A stretch of DNA of 61,760 nucleotides, the filler included, from Choristocarpus tenellus KU-1152 (taxonomy: Eukaryota > Protista > Phaeophyceae), in assembly GCA_964200185.2 (NCBI GenBank). It is 10 parts of 10 records of this genome, joined end to end, with 100 filler letters (N's around TTAATTAATTAA, not from the genome) between each part and the next. Parts side by side here need not be neighbours in the genome. Positions count along the whole stretch, not along the records: positions 38,208 to 44,235 come from CAXNAD020009133.1; positions 44,336 to 47,987 come from CAXNAD020018720.1; positions 48,088 to 55,677 come from CAXNAD020005915.1; 7 more parts are not named here. One strand, given 5' to 3'. The position numbers and the translations under genes are program-made. Positions 39,760-50,741 of the stretch are shown piece after piece. Below the pieces are notes generated by a model. That model saw only the letters and a list, made by a program, of their open reading frames with translations, was not told the origin of the DNA and did not search any database. Position 1 is the stretch's first letter; the number at the start of each line of letters is the position of its first letter.

Positions 39760-40205
39760 CGATCTTAAGGGGAGCCCTTTGGCCGAAGGGCCGCGGGCGA
39801 CCCTCCCTCGTGGGGAAGGAGATGTTCCAGCTTGGAGACGTTTTTTGGTATTGTTCACATCAAACGGACAAGGAAACATACCATAAATAATAACCTTGGA
39901 TGGGATGTTGATGCGAAACCGAAGGATAAAGTTGTTGGGAAGTAGAGAGTTGAGGGCACTTTTCCTTGTCAACAGTCAAGTAGGATATTACGAGGTCACA
40001 TGGTGATTCGTGCGCCAGCATTCGGTCCGACGGATCATTTCACACGTGAGTACATGATATTTAGTGAATGAGGGCCTGACTGAATACTGGGCAGAAGTTG
40101 GACAGAGAGAATCGGCATGACTTCAATCGTCCATAACCACCAGTCGAATCTTGATTGAAATCCTTTCCAATTCCAAACTACGCAGGTTTTCCAAGGTACG
40201 ATGCC

Positions 40206-41591
40206 ATGGCCTTACTAGCACCTTATTTCACAGCTGATGGGAGGGCTTCCGATCCTACATCCATCGTTGAGCAAGGTCGTAGAGTCCATTCGGGGTCCAC
40301 TCCCTCAACTGTGCACGAAAATCCACTTGAGAATGTTGACAGCAAGACCGCTGAGAGGAATGAAAACTACAATGTCGGTGGTGTCACACAATCGAAACTC
40401 TCACACGCTGAATGGCTGTTGACATGCGAAAAAGATGTCGACACGATCTACTGCATAAGCTCACTCGAGGACATGAACGTAAGAGACCCCAAGGGTGCAC
40501 AGAACATGAAGGGGAGGTTCACAAAGGACATCACAGGGATTTACCTCTTACAGGACAGGGACAATGGGTCCCGCAAGCGAGGAGAGAATAAGGAGGGTCA
40601 TAGAGAAGGGAAGGTGGCGTGGAACAATGCTGAAGAGGCTTCTGCTGGAGGCTGTCAGGGAGGAGGGGCATCCAGAGAGGGAGGAAAGGATACGATGAAT
40701 GGGATCCCTCCTCAAGAGGCCAGGAACTTGGGAGATATGATAGGTGTTGCCAACCCTCAGTTCACATTTTCCAGATCATTGGTGGTCCATTGTCCTTCCC
40801 CACGAGTTGGGCTTCAGGAAGACTCTCCAGGGATTTCATCGCCCACCTGGGTAGGCATGGCTCTTACAGAATTGGAGTCAGGAAGCCCTGACACAGCCTA
40901 TGTGGAAAGCTTCCTGAAATCACCTCGCCTATCATCGTGTGCTGTGGCAAGTCCACGGCCTACCTTTGGCGGAAGACGCGAAACCAGTCCGTCTACACAA
41001 TCGGCATGTATCTGGCAGCAGCAGCAGCAACAACAGCAGCAGCAACAGCAACAAGTTTGTGCAGCGATGACCGCACTACCCAATGGGGATGGTGGTGTGT
41101 ATGGAGGATCTTCCCAGGCAATCCATGCCCCGGGGCCAGCCCATGCCTTCCAGCTCCCCGGATTTGATTGGAGTCCAGACCTATACCCTGAGGATAGAAA
41201 GGGCATACTGCCATCAAGAGTATCTGTTATTGCAGCAGAGAGTGGGGATGTTGAGGCAACGTGCAACTCAACCTCTAATAATAATAACAGCACTTCCAAC
41301 AAGCGGACAAGGGAACGCAGTGGGGGAATAAAGGGGAGGGGATCCAATAGGAGGAGCAGGCCAGGAGGGAGGGGCAAAAGGGTACCCGACATGTCGATTT
41401 CTGTTGATGATAAATCTTGGTTGCCTAGCTCCCAGGAAGAGTCTCATATCACCACAATGAAGAGTCGCACCAGGAAGGGTACAACAACAACACCAACTGT
41501 ATCATGTAGGGACAAAAGCACTAGCAGTGGTAGTAGTTCAAATGCTCCCGTGAAGAAAAGAGGCAGGTTCCAACCAAGGGGAGGGAGGTAG
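40206..41591 (+). CDS. Hypothetical low-complexity poly-Q protein, divergent from the EsV-1-7 gene
   Basis: 478-codon open frame, (CAG/CAA) poly-Q, basic C-terminal KKRGR; no family recognised. Confidence 0.6.
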   Translation: MALLAPYFTADGRASDPTSIVEQGRRVHSGSTPSTVHENPLENVDSKTAERNENYNVGGVTQSKLSHAEWLLTCEKDVDTIYCISSLEDMNVRDPKGAQNMKGRFTKDITGIYLLQDRDNGSRKRGENKEGHREGKVAWNNAEEASAGGCQGGGASREGGKDTMNGIPPQEARNLGDMIGVANPQFTFSRSLVVHCPSPRVGLQEDSPGISSPTWVGMALTELESGSPDTAYVESFLKSPRLSSCAVASPRPTFGGRRETSPSTQSACIWQQQQQQQQQQQQQVCAAMTALPNGDGGVYGGSSQAIHAPGPAHAFQLPGFDWSPDLYPEDRKGILPSRVSVIAAESGDVEATCNSTSNNNNSTSNKRTRERSGGIKGRGSNRRSRPGGRGKRVPDMSISVDDKSWLPSSQEESHITTMKSRTRKGTTTTPTVSCRDKSTSSGSSSNAPVKKRGRFQPRGGR

Positions 41592-43062
41592 TATGGATTG
41601 AGTTTCTTCCTCCAAATAGTTTTTTCGAACTATATTATTATTGTTTTCAACTTGAGAATGTGATATACTGCCTCTCTGCTGTAACTTGTGTTGGAACCCA
41701 AGACCACAGGGTTGTTCGTTGACATGGCACAAGAACAGGGGGTTGGGCCAATGACAAAATTCCACAGCATAACAAGCACTATGTAGTGTCTCCCCCTCAC
41801 TCTTCTCCAACCCTAGTGACTAGTTGCTGCATTGATCCAGGAGATGCATGGATACTATGGCATGTGCATTAGATGTGAATCAAGTGCACAGGCAGGCAGG
41901 CAGGAGGCAGGCACCTGACATTTGCCCAGGTTTTTCCATTCGTGTATGTGAGAGTATTTCTGGGTGTGGCTGGGTACATTTTAGGAGAATCGGTCTACCC
42001 TACATAATACGCTATTAATTTTTTTGGAGGCATTGCCTATTTTCTTCTATAGAGCTCTATTATATTGACTAGAAATGAACCTGCAACCTGTGTGTTCCAT
42101 ATAATAATAGTGCCCATATTCATCATGCTTGATTGAGCACCACCATTCATTTCCCTACCTGATGTTTTTGTATCAAGGTCTTTGGATGGTATTGGTGCAC
42201 ACATGCATGTATCCATTCCATGCATGTATTCATGTATTCCAACCAAAAGCAATGTTTAGTTGCGTCTAGGTAGCTTTTGCAGAGCATCCCGTGTCAGCCC
42301 CAGGCCAAGCAACCACTCAAGGGAGAGGCGGAGGTGATCACAATCTGTGCAGCTAGGTCCTATCCATCCACTTCTTAATCAAGCAGTCAGGACATAACAC
42401 ATCATCCTCTGGACTTTCAAACAAAAAAAAGTGCATGTGTGTCTCATACAACGAACACCACTACATCCATTTACCTCACTGAACTGAATCCAGAGAAAAG
42501 AGGAAATAGGCTCCTAAATGAAACTTGAGACAATGGCCCAGGTGTGAAGGGCCACCACTTCTTCCTTCCATGGCCAAACATAGCTATGTTAGGGATGTGA
42601 TCAGGACAGGCCATAGGACAGAATGAGTTCATGCACTAATAGTAATAACTTCTTGAGTTTACTCTGACGTACTTCTCACCAATGAAACATCAACACTTTC
42701 ACCATTGAACACACCTCAAAGTTAAAGGGGGCGCATGGGTGTGTAGCAAAAGCACAAAAGGTCACTTCTATTAGAGTGCTGCATCATGTACAATGCCACA
42801 TGTCACAGCGCAGAACATTTAGTATGTCTTTCCAGAACATTTAGTATCTGGAAAGGTACATGCAATCTCTCTTATCCCTTGGCTATGATCAAGAGTCAAA
42901 ATGAATGCAAATCATTTTTCAAAAAGGTAGAAGCTTTTCCTCCTCACAAAGAAATACGAGAAAACAAGACCAAATAACAGGAATAGCATACATCAGTTCC
43001 TTACAGCCAGGCTACAAGCAGGGCAGCACAGCTCCTTTCCTGCCCTTAATCCCCAATCCCTG

Positions 43063-43589
43063 TCACAAGAAACCCTCAAGGGTCGACCTCTGCACCTCAG
43101 GATCCATTGGGGTGTAGCCACCAAATTCCATTGTGAAGCTTGCCTCTCCGGCTGTTATTGATCGAAGGGTGGTTGCATACCCCAGCAGCTCTCGCAGTGG
43201 AACTCTGGCCCTAACAGTATGCCGTCTGCCTCCACCTGCCTCCCCAGTACTAGCTCTTCCATCATGTGGTACCTCCACACAGCTTATCTCTGCACGACGA
43301 TTGGCAGACATGTCTTGTAGCACAGCACCCAAGTGCTCTTCTGGAACAGACACTTCAGTCTCCATGAAAGGTTCAAGGAGGTGAACCTGCCCCTCTCGTG
43401 CTGCCGTGCCAACTATTGATGCAGCAGCAAAGCGGACAGCCCCTGGGGGGGAGTGGTCACCTGCTACCCAAACTTCAGTGACCTCTAGGGTAAGGCCCAT
43501 GAGGGGGTAACCTCCAATTGGTCCACGACCAAGGGCATCCTGCAAGCCGCCAAGCAAGGCGTCCACCTGTTGTAACATGTTTTGAATAG

Positions 43590-43635
<46 letters not shown>

Positions 43636-43955
43636 CTTGTCTTCCCTGCAATTGTGTACAAAAAAGACTGCTGCACACATTCAGTCTAAATGGTTTGTGT
43701 ATTAAAGCATGTTACTGGCAACTGATTATTGTGTCTTGGGTTTTGTGTTCTACAATGCTGACTTTCTCATATTTCACACATTTTCTTTCTTTTGACATTA
43801 CACCAACTCAAACCTGGTCAGGGTCAAGTGCATCTTCCACGTCCTCTGAGACCTCCACTAAGGCCGGTGAAGCTAGATTGTCGTTTGGGACGATGGTCAC
43901 TGAAAGTCCGATACAGATTTGCTTACCCCCTAACAATGGCTGATAATCTTCTGAT
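43063..43955 (-). CDS. GFM2: Mitochondrial elongation factor G2 / ribosome-releasing factor 2-like, last two exons (43955-43814, 43566-43063)
   Basis: RGPIGGYPL, LLEPFMETEVSVPEEHLGAVLQDMS.RRAEI, ARVPLRELLGYATTLRSITAGEASFTMEF are EF-G domains IV-V, divergent in the GFM2 manner. Confidence 0.85.
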
Positions 43956-45253
43956 CTGAGACGGGGTTGGGAAAGTGGGCAGATGGAAAGAGATGGTTAA
44001 GGGCAAAAAGGAAAAAAATGATTTTTTAAAACACATTCATCACATTTGCACAATGTTGGTGTAGACGCCTCTCCTTACTGCAGGTACAGTCTAGGGAGTT
44101 AGTAATATGTACTATGTAATATATGTCATAATGAAAAAAAAGATGCCCAGGAACAATAGGCAGAGGTATTACCTGGGAGGGCGATGGCATGTACAGGGGA
44201 GGAGATACAAAGTGGGTGGGGCGGTTGGGGGGTGGNNNNNNNNNNNNNNNNNNNNNNNNNNNNNNNNNNNNNNNNNNNNTTAATTAATTAANNNNNNNNN
44301 NNNNNNNNNNNNNNNNNNNNNNNNNNNNNNNNNNNCCCCCCCCAGATACTTTGGGTCAATGAGATCTTACCTACTCTGAAATGTTTTGGAGATGGTAAAA
44401 TGTATACTTTATGAAAGGTTGTATCCGGAACAAGGATAGTGACACTTGCTAACAAACACAATAACCAAAGTCACATCAAAATCTCAAAATTGGATTTTGG
44501 CCCCCAAACAGACGCGACTCTACCCTCTAAGATAGATACTTTGACTCTTCATGTTTGTTCGCAAGTGTCGATATCCTTGCTCTGGATGCACCTTTCATAG
44601 TCGAATACATTTTTGGTAACTGAATTCACACAGAAAAACGAAAAAGGGCATAAAAAAACCGTGGTAAGCCAAGCCCCGAACTGACAAACAGGGCAAAACT
44701 CCTACCCTCTTGAATGCTTTGGGTCTTTTCTTATAAAAAAAAAAAATCAACACGAACATTTCATGGTTCGTTTGTAAGGAGTGCAAATAAGAAATATATA
44801 TAGGTATATGTGTGTGTGTGTATCATTGCCTTGATAGTTGTTATGATGTTTTTTGGTAATTGTAAAATGAAGGTTTCAGGAATATTTCTTAAGCAATTGC
44901 ATCGTATTGACTTGATATGAGAAATGGATCATTCCGCTGGTGAAAAACATTGCCTTCAACTGCACGTTTTTTATCTTCATTTTCTAATCTTGGCATGTCT
45001 CTGATGCTCTAGTTAGGCGGCTGGGTGAAATTATATTTTCAATCCCTTGCAAAAGACGCTTCACTGCAATGGAGTTGAAGGCCCCATGATTTTTGTAGCA
45101 CATTGGAGATTACTTAGTATGTACAAAACGGCAACTTCTGAATAAGTGTCCAATACCCAGTAGTCATTGATTTGTGCCCTGTTATGGACAACACCCAAAA
45201 TTGATCTACAGTGCCTCAATCAATTCTACCATCAGGAGGAACCTTCCTCCTGG

Positions 45254-45520
45254 GAGTCAAAGTATCTTAGAGGGTAGAGCTGCGACCATTTGGGGACCAA
45301 AATCTATTGTTGCAATTTCGATATAATTTTGGCTATCATATTTGTTAGGAGATGTCAATACCCTAACCCTTGTTCCGAACACTCCTTTTCATAACGTATA
45401 CATTTTACCTACTCTGAAAACACTTTGGAGAAGGTAAAATGTTACAAAAAAAACTTGTGAGAAGTCAAGCCCCAAATGGACAAACAGGGAAAACACGTAC
45501 CCTCTAAGATACTTCCTCTC
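45254..45520. mobile_element. MITE family B copy
   Basis: GAGTCAAAGTATCTTAGAGGGTA...TACCCTCTAAGATACTTCCTCTC. Confidence 0.9.
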
Positions 45521-45630
45521 AAGGGGTGGCAAGGACATGAAGATACGCTGTTCATATGATTACATGGTTCTATGCTATGGGTCTGGAGGTCAGGTTCTTC
45601 TTTTTTGCAGTCCACCGATAGCCACCTTAC

Positions 45631-46543
45631 CTTCACTGCTGCAGTATAGGCTTTGAGCGGCTGTATGAGACATGCAGTGAGACAGCATACTTCTAACTGA
45701 CCCTTGTCTCCTGGTCTTAGATGGATCATCTTCTCAATAATCGCCTCAACATTGCAATACTTCCCAGCCATGGCCCGTACAATGCCCATTCCTTGTAGGG
45801 AAACCTGCAGTAAAAGGAAATTATAGAGCCCAAGTTATCCTGTAGAAGTAAGTGTCCAACCAAGATCGTGGAGAAGCAATGATACAAGTTCCTTTCAATG
45901 CTATCCTCCCTACTAATTTATGACATTTTGCCAAGTACAAAAAGTTATCAGTAAGTACCAATGAGTACCATATACTTGGAGTTTTGTAGCACCTTACAGG
46001 GTTGGTTGTAATTATGACGTGCGCTAAACTTTTGAAGGTCATTGTAAGATCTCAAAATTGACTTCCTGGGGAAAAATATACCGAAATGGTGCATTTCTTT
46101 TATCCTGAACCCACGAAAGTATTCTTCCCCAACTGATGACCTTCCTCCTTGGAATGACCAGAATTTACATACCTGGAGCACAGTAATCTGAAGCGCATTA
46201 TGGTGCTCAGAGTGGTATAATTAGAAAAAGACAGAAAAAATTCAGCAGAGTATGTGTGATCCAGAGAATAGATTGAGTTTACAACTACCTTCTACACCCT
46301 CAGAACATTATGTAATTGAACTTTTACAAGTCTTAGATTGCATGGGGAGATCTACACCCCTTTCATGCAGTGTTCAACAGCGGCAGTGGTGCCTCTCACC
46401 AAGGAAAGGAAGTAGTTGTTGTGCATGATAGCCATGTGCGAAACCTCCTTGAACATTTCCAGGGCCTCTTTTCCCTCCCCCAGGCACAATTTTACATATG
46501 CAGACTCCAGCATTACTTCCCCACAGGAGAGAGTGTCACCCAT
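45631..46543 (-). CDS. Candidate exons of a TPR-like helical repeat protein or pseudogene (46543-46445, 45804-45631)
   Basis: CAG/GT-bounded frames VMLESAYVKLCLGEGKEALEMFKE and SLQGMGIVRAMAGKY resemble TPR helices. Confidence 0.35.
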
Positions 46544-46870
46544 CTGTGTGAAGTGACATAAAACCACAGGACAGAAATGGGCGTATTCACAACAATTGAC
46601 GCTCTTGGTTCATATAGGTATATTCACTTTGCGAGGACATATTACCTCTCCTTTTAGCCCTTGTATTATCATTGTTCTCTTTGCTGTGTTGGGCGGTATC
46701 TTATGGGTAGATAAAACGATCAAACTGAGGTTTTGGATCCCTCCAAGCTATGTCTAACTGAAACTTATGTCTTAAGTTGTAAAGGGTTGCCGCTCAAGTT
46801 ACCACTGGTTCCATACGGATATGGGGAAGGTAAAACGGTCAAACAACGGATTTGGTTCCATCCAAGCAAT

Positions 46871-47133
46871 GAGTCAGAGTATCTTAGAGGGTAGAGCCGT
46901 GTCCGTTTGGGGGCCAAAATCCAGTGTTGTAGTTTTGAAGTACTTTTGGCTGTCTTATTTGTTTGGAAGTGTCAATATCCTTGTTCCGGACACACCTTTT
47001 CATAATGTATACACTTTGCCTACTCTGAAGCATTTCGGAGGAGGAAAATGCGATAAAAAATAACCGTGGGAAGCCAAGGCCCAAACGGACAAACAGGGTA
47101 AACTCGTACCCTAACCCTAAGATAATTTCTCTC
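46871..47133. mobile_element. MITE family B copy
   Basis: Family B TIRs; flanks AAT/AAT. Confidence 0.92.
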
Positions 47134-48119
47134 AATGCACAACTGATACTTGTTTGTTGAACTGCAAAAATAGTCACTCAAGCCACCACTGAAGCTTTAA
47201 GTCTGAAACACAGACGTCTCTTACCACTTAAGGATAAACTTTCCAACTTCAGGTCTCTGAGAAAGATAGAAATTGCTTCATTGTCTCTCCATAGGTACGA
47301 CATTTTTCTATCAACTACGATAAAAAAAAAACGCAGGAGCTAGGCAGCAAACATCCAATGTAGGACTTCGTTTCACAGAGAACTTGAGCAAAAATTTCCA
47401 TCTTTTCATGTTCAAACACTAGTGAGAGGAAGGTTGCCCAGCTGGAATCATGTACTTTGAGTACTATAGTATATAGGGGACAAGAAGAAACTACACAGTT
47501 GAGGACTTCTGGTTAACTCTATGAGACAGAAGGTGAGTTTGTCTGTCAATTTCCTTTCAACATGATTCAAACTACACCAAAAATATCCAAATCCATAATC
47601 TACAAGCAAGGTTTAGCATTCTTTGTGAAATCCGTACATAACAAGATTAGTCGATTAACCCTAACCCTAACGACATGTCTGGAAGCTATTGGCAACATAT
47701 ATTAGCTTCTCGTGAAATTACACAAGCAGATAATCTCAGCCCAACATGGGCATAACTCAGACAGCAGCGGTCCCCACAAGTGATACCCCCGATAGTAAAA
47801 CCTTGAGGAGGCAGCCCATATCGACCTGGCCAGCTTGTGAGTGCTTGGATCCAACTTGACAGAAGCTTGACAATTTCTTGTAGAAACTAATGTGAATGAC
47901 AGTGGTTTCCCCTTCCACGCCTTTCATGTGTAAGTACCGAAGGGTTGACTATTCAGAGTACTAAACGTGCTATGTTCATCACCATTGNNNNNNNNNNNNN
48001 NNNNNNNNNNNNNNNNNNNNNNNNNNNNNNNTTAATTAATTAANNNNNNNNNNNNNNNNNNNNNNNNNNNNNNNNNNNNNNNNNNNNCACTCCCCCCCCC
48101 AGATACTTTGAGCCAGTCC

Positions 48120-48950
48120 TCACTACCTCGCAGTTGGTTTGACTCAGAACACCATGATGACTGAATCCTTCCAAATCTGTTGTACGTGTTCCTGGTCCCA
48201 CACAGCCAACATTTTCTTGTAGAAACCCTGCGGGATGGTCTTGTCCTCGTTGATGTGAAGTTTATAGTATCTGCAAGGAGATCATCTTATCCAATTGACT
48301 TCCCGTTTGCCATGGCAAAGAAGAGTGGTTCTGCTACTTTCTCCAGTGTTGGTCTATCAGCAACTTCAATTCAAGTGAGTCGTTGGTAGAGGTTTAAAGC
48401 ACTTTGGAGTTGAGGCTGTCCAACTTGACATTTAGAGCCACTTCAAAGTGCCACCCCCACCTTTCCTCGATGAGCCCTTGCTCTATTAGCAACTTGCCAG
48501 ATTCATCGCAGATGCATTGAGAATCGCTCTGCCTGATCCTCTCTACGTTGAGCCCTTTCAGGTGTTGGTAGAAGTCAGCTTACTCCCCACGGTAAATGCG
48601 ATCGTCTGTCTTCCTGTTGTCTGTGTCAAGGGACCTCTGGAGGGTAGAAGACATCATTCTTTTGAGCTGTTTGTCATTCACTTCCAATATTTGAAGGCAG
48701 TGTTTTGGGAGTCTCACTGTTGTTGCTGCCATGCCTATTCGTGCTCCTCCCAGGCCTCAAGGAAATTTTGCTTGAGCTTGGTCCACTGGGAACCATCCTC
48801 CTGGCAACACCTTCCGTGTTGGGGTGGCAATACTGTTGAAGTAGCTTCTAAGTAAAGGGCTGAATCTGCGGTGTCTCTGCGGCGAGACCCCACAATCTGT
48901 GCACGCCTCCCAATATATATAAGAACCAGGCTTCCACCACACGTTTTATC
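48120..48950 (-). pseudogene. Degenerate RTE-like LINE fragment, same family as 1600-2720
   Basis: DFYQHLKGL, ICDESGKLL..LIEERW, AMANGKSIG, LAVWDQEHVQQIWKDSVI; shares GACCAAGCTCAAGCAAA with the first copy. Confidence 0.78.
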
Positions 48951-49446
48951 TTGTGGATCGTTCCTGGACGAGAACGGAACTTGTTACATTTAATTCCGAA
49001 CGGAGAAACCAACCACGACCATTATATTATTTTTCATATTAACATGTTCAAGGAACATTTGTGGTTGTTTTTCGAAAGGATACGGAGTCGTATTATGGTG
49101 AACGTACGTGTCAACATGTGGTGTTTGTTCTGATTACCTCCCTAACTGCATCACCTCTGTTTGGATTTGATTCGACAGAGTGCTGTGGTTAAACCTTAGT
49201 GACAGTGATACCAAGTCGACCAAGAGGTCAAGAGTAGGTGATTGACAATGTCTTCAGCTGTGTGAATGAAACATTCTAATTTGAGTGGTTTGTGTTGTTT
49301 ATGAAACCAACTGGATTAGATTATTTTGGCGAAGGTTATTGAGATCTACTCACCTTCGCTCACTTTGCACTTAACTCTCTGGTTGAAGGTTTTCCTTTGA
49401 TATTCCCGACCCGAAACCCGCAGGCTGTGTGACGTGAGGTGATAGG

Positions 49447-50741
49447 ATGGGGCGGCAGGCTTTCCTGCTTTCCTCCTTTGGACTCTTTCTCGGTCTTTTG
49501 ATAGTTTTCCTCACCGGCAATGAAGGGTGGCCTGGGTCAACCCCTGTCACGGGAGATGATAGTTCTCTGGTATCAACATCAGCGATGTCCTCTGAGCTAG
49601 TAGATGCAGCCACCAGAATAACCTTGCCTCGAACACGACGCTTTTCCTCCACGAAGGATCTGTTCTGCCTAGGGGTTGGCGTTCGGGCCAAGTCAATCGC
49701 AGTAGTCAAAGTAAACGTCTACACAGTCGGGCTTTACGTCGATGCAAAGCCGGCGAAAGGAACTCTTAAGAACTTCAAGGGTAAAAAACCGGCAAAACTA
49801 TCTGGAGACGCCTCACTCTACAAGGTTTTGGGCCAACCCGGGTTCACCAAGTACCTTCACTTGATCTTCGCTAGAGCTGTCGAAGCCCAGAAAGTGGTAG
49901 ACGCCCTTACAGCTGTGAAGGGGGTCTCTTCTGATGTACTCTCCAGGTAGGATGGAGATTGTGTAAGCCATCTCCAGTCTTCTATCAAGTCTGAATTTTT
50001 GTCTGTTGGATAGATACGGTGATTTCGAGTCCGCTAATTAATCACTTTGAGGCAATTCTCTTGGTTTACCCACATCTATGATATGGAATAGGCAAGAGCA
50101 CATAGAGTGGAAAGGGTGCTACAGAATCTGTGGTGTGACACAGTCTATGGTTGGTTCGTGTCTTTGTGGAAAAGATGCTACCATACCACGTTTACATCGA
50201 AATTTACTATCGTCACTGCGCTAAGTGAAAAAGAGCTTCAGTCTTTGTCCAATCCAAGAGACAAGTGAGTACTTGTAGAAGTAAAATGCCTTCTCTTCAT
50301 GTATTAATCTGAAAATAAGAGGGATTTTGAGCGGATACACAGTTTCATCCAGGGAAATACATTCTGAACTCGACCATTATTCCTTTCTGTCTAGACGACC
50401 TTATCAACCTTGCTCTAAATGCCTTTTTCCTCCCCCCCCTTCCCCATCTTAAATTCTTGATCATTCTTTCCTACAAACCCACAAAATGTTACCCTCTCAG
50501 TTTCTCATCTATGTTATTGGGAGCTATTGGGGACAAAATCGGCAAAGGGGAATCAATCTCTCTGGGCTGGGAGGGGAAGGACAAGATGGTTGTGTTGGTG
50601 CGGGACAAGGCAGTGGGATCAATCAAGGATCCATCTCTTCCCATTGCCATTTTTGACCTGTACCTGGGCTCCTCTGCAGTGTCTGAAGTCGCAAAGCAGG
50701 CCTTTGCTGAGGGAGTATCCAATCTCCTCTTGAGCTCTTAA
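49447..50741 (+). CDS. Chalcone-isomerase-fold (CHI-like / fatty-acid-binding) protein, two exons (49447-49946, 50501-50741), N-terminal hydrophobic signal
   Basis: LGVGVRAKSIAVVKVNVYTVGLYVD and AIFDLYLG..AVS..AK..FA are hallmark CHI-fold motifs; phase-2 GT-AG junction. Confidence 0.9.
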
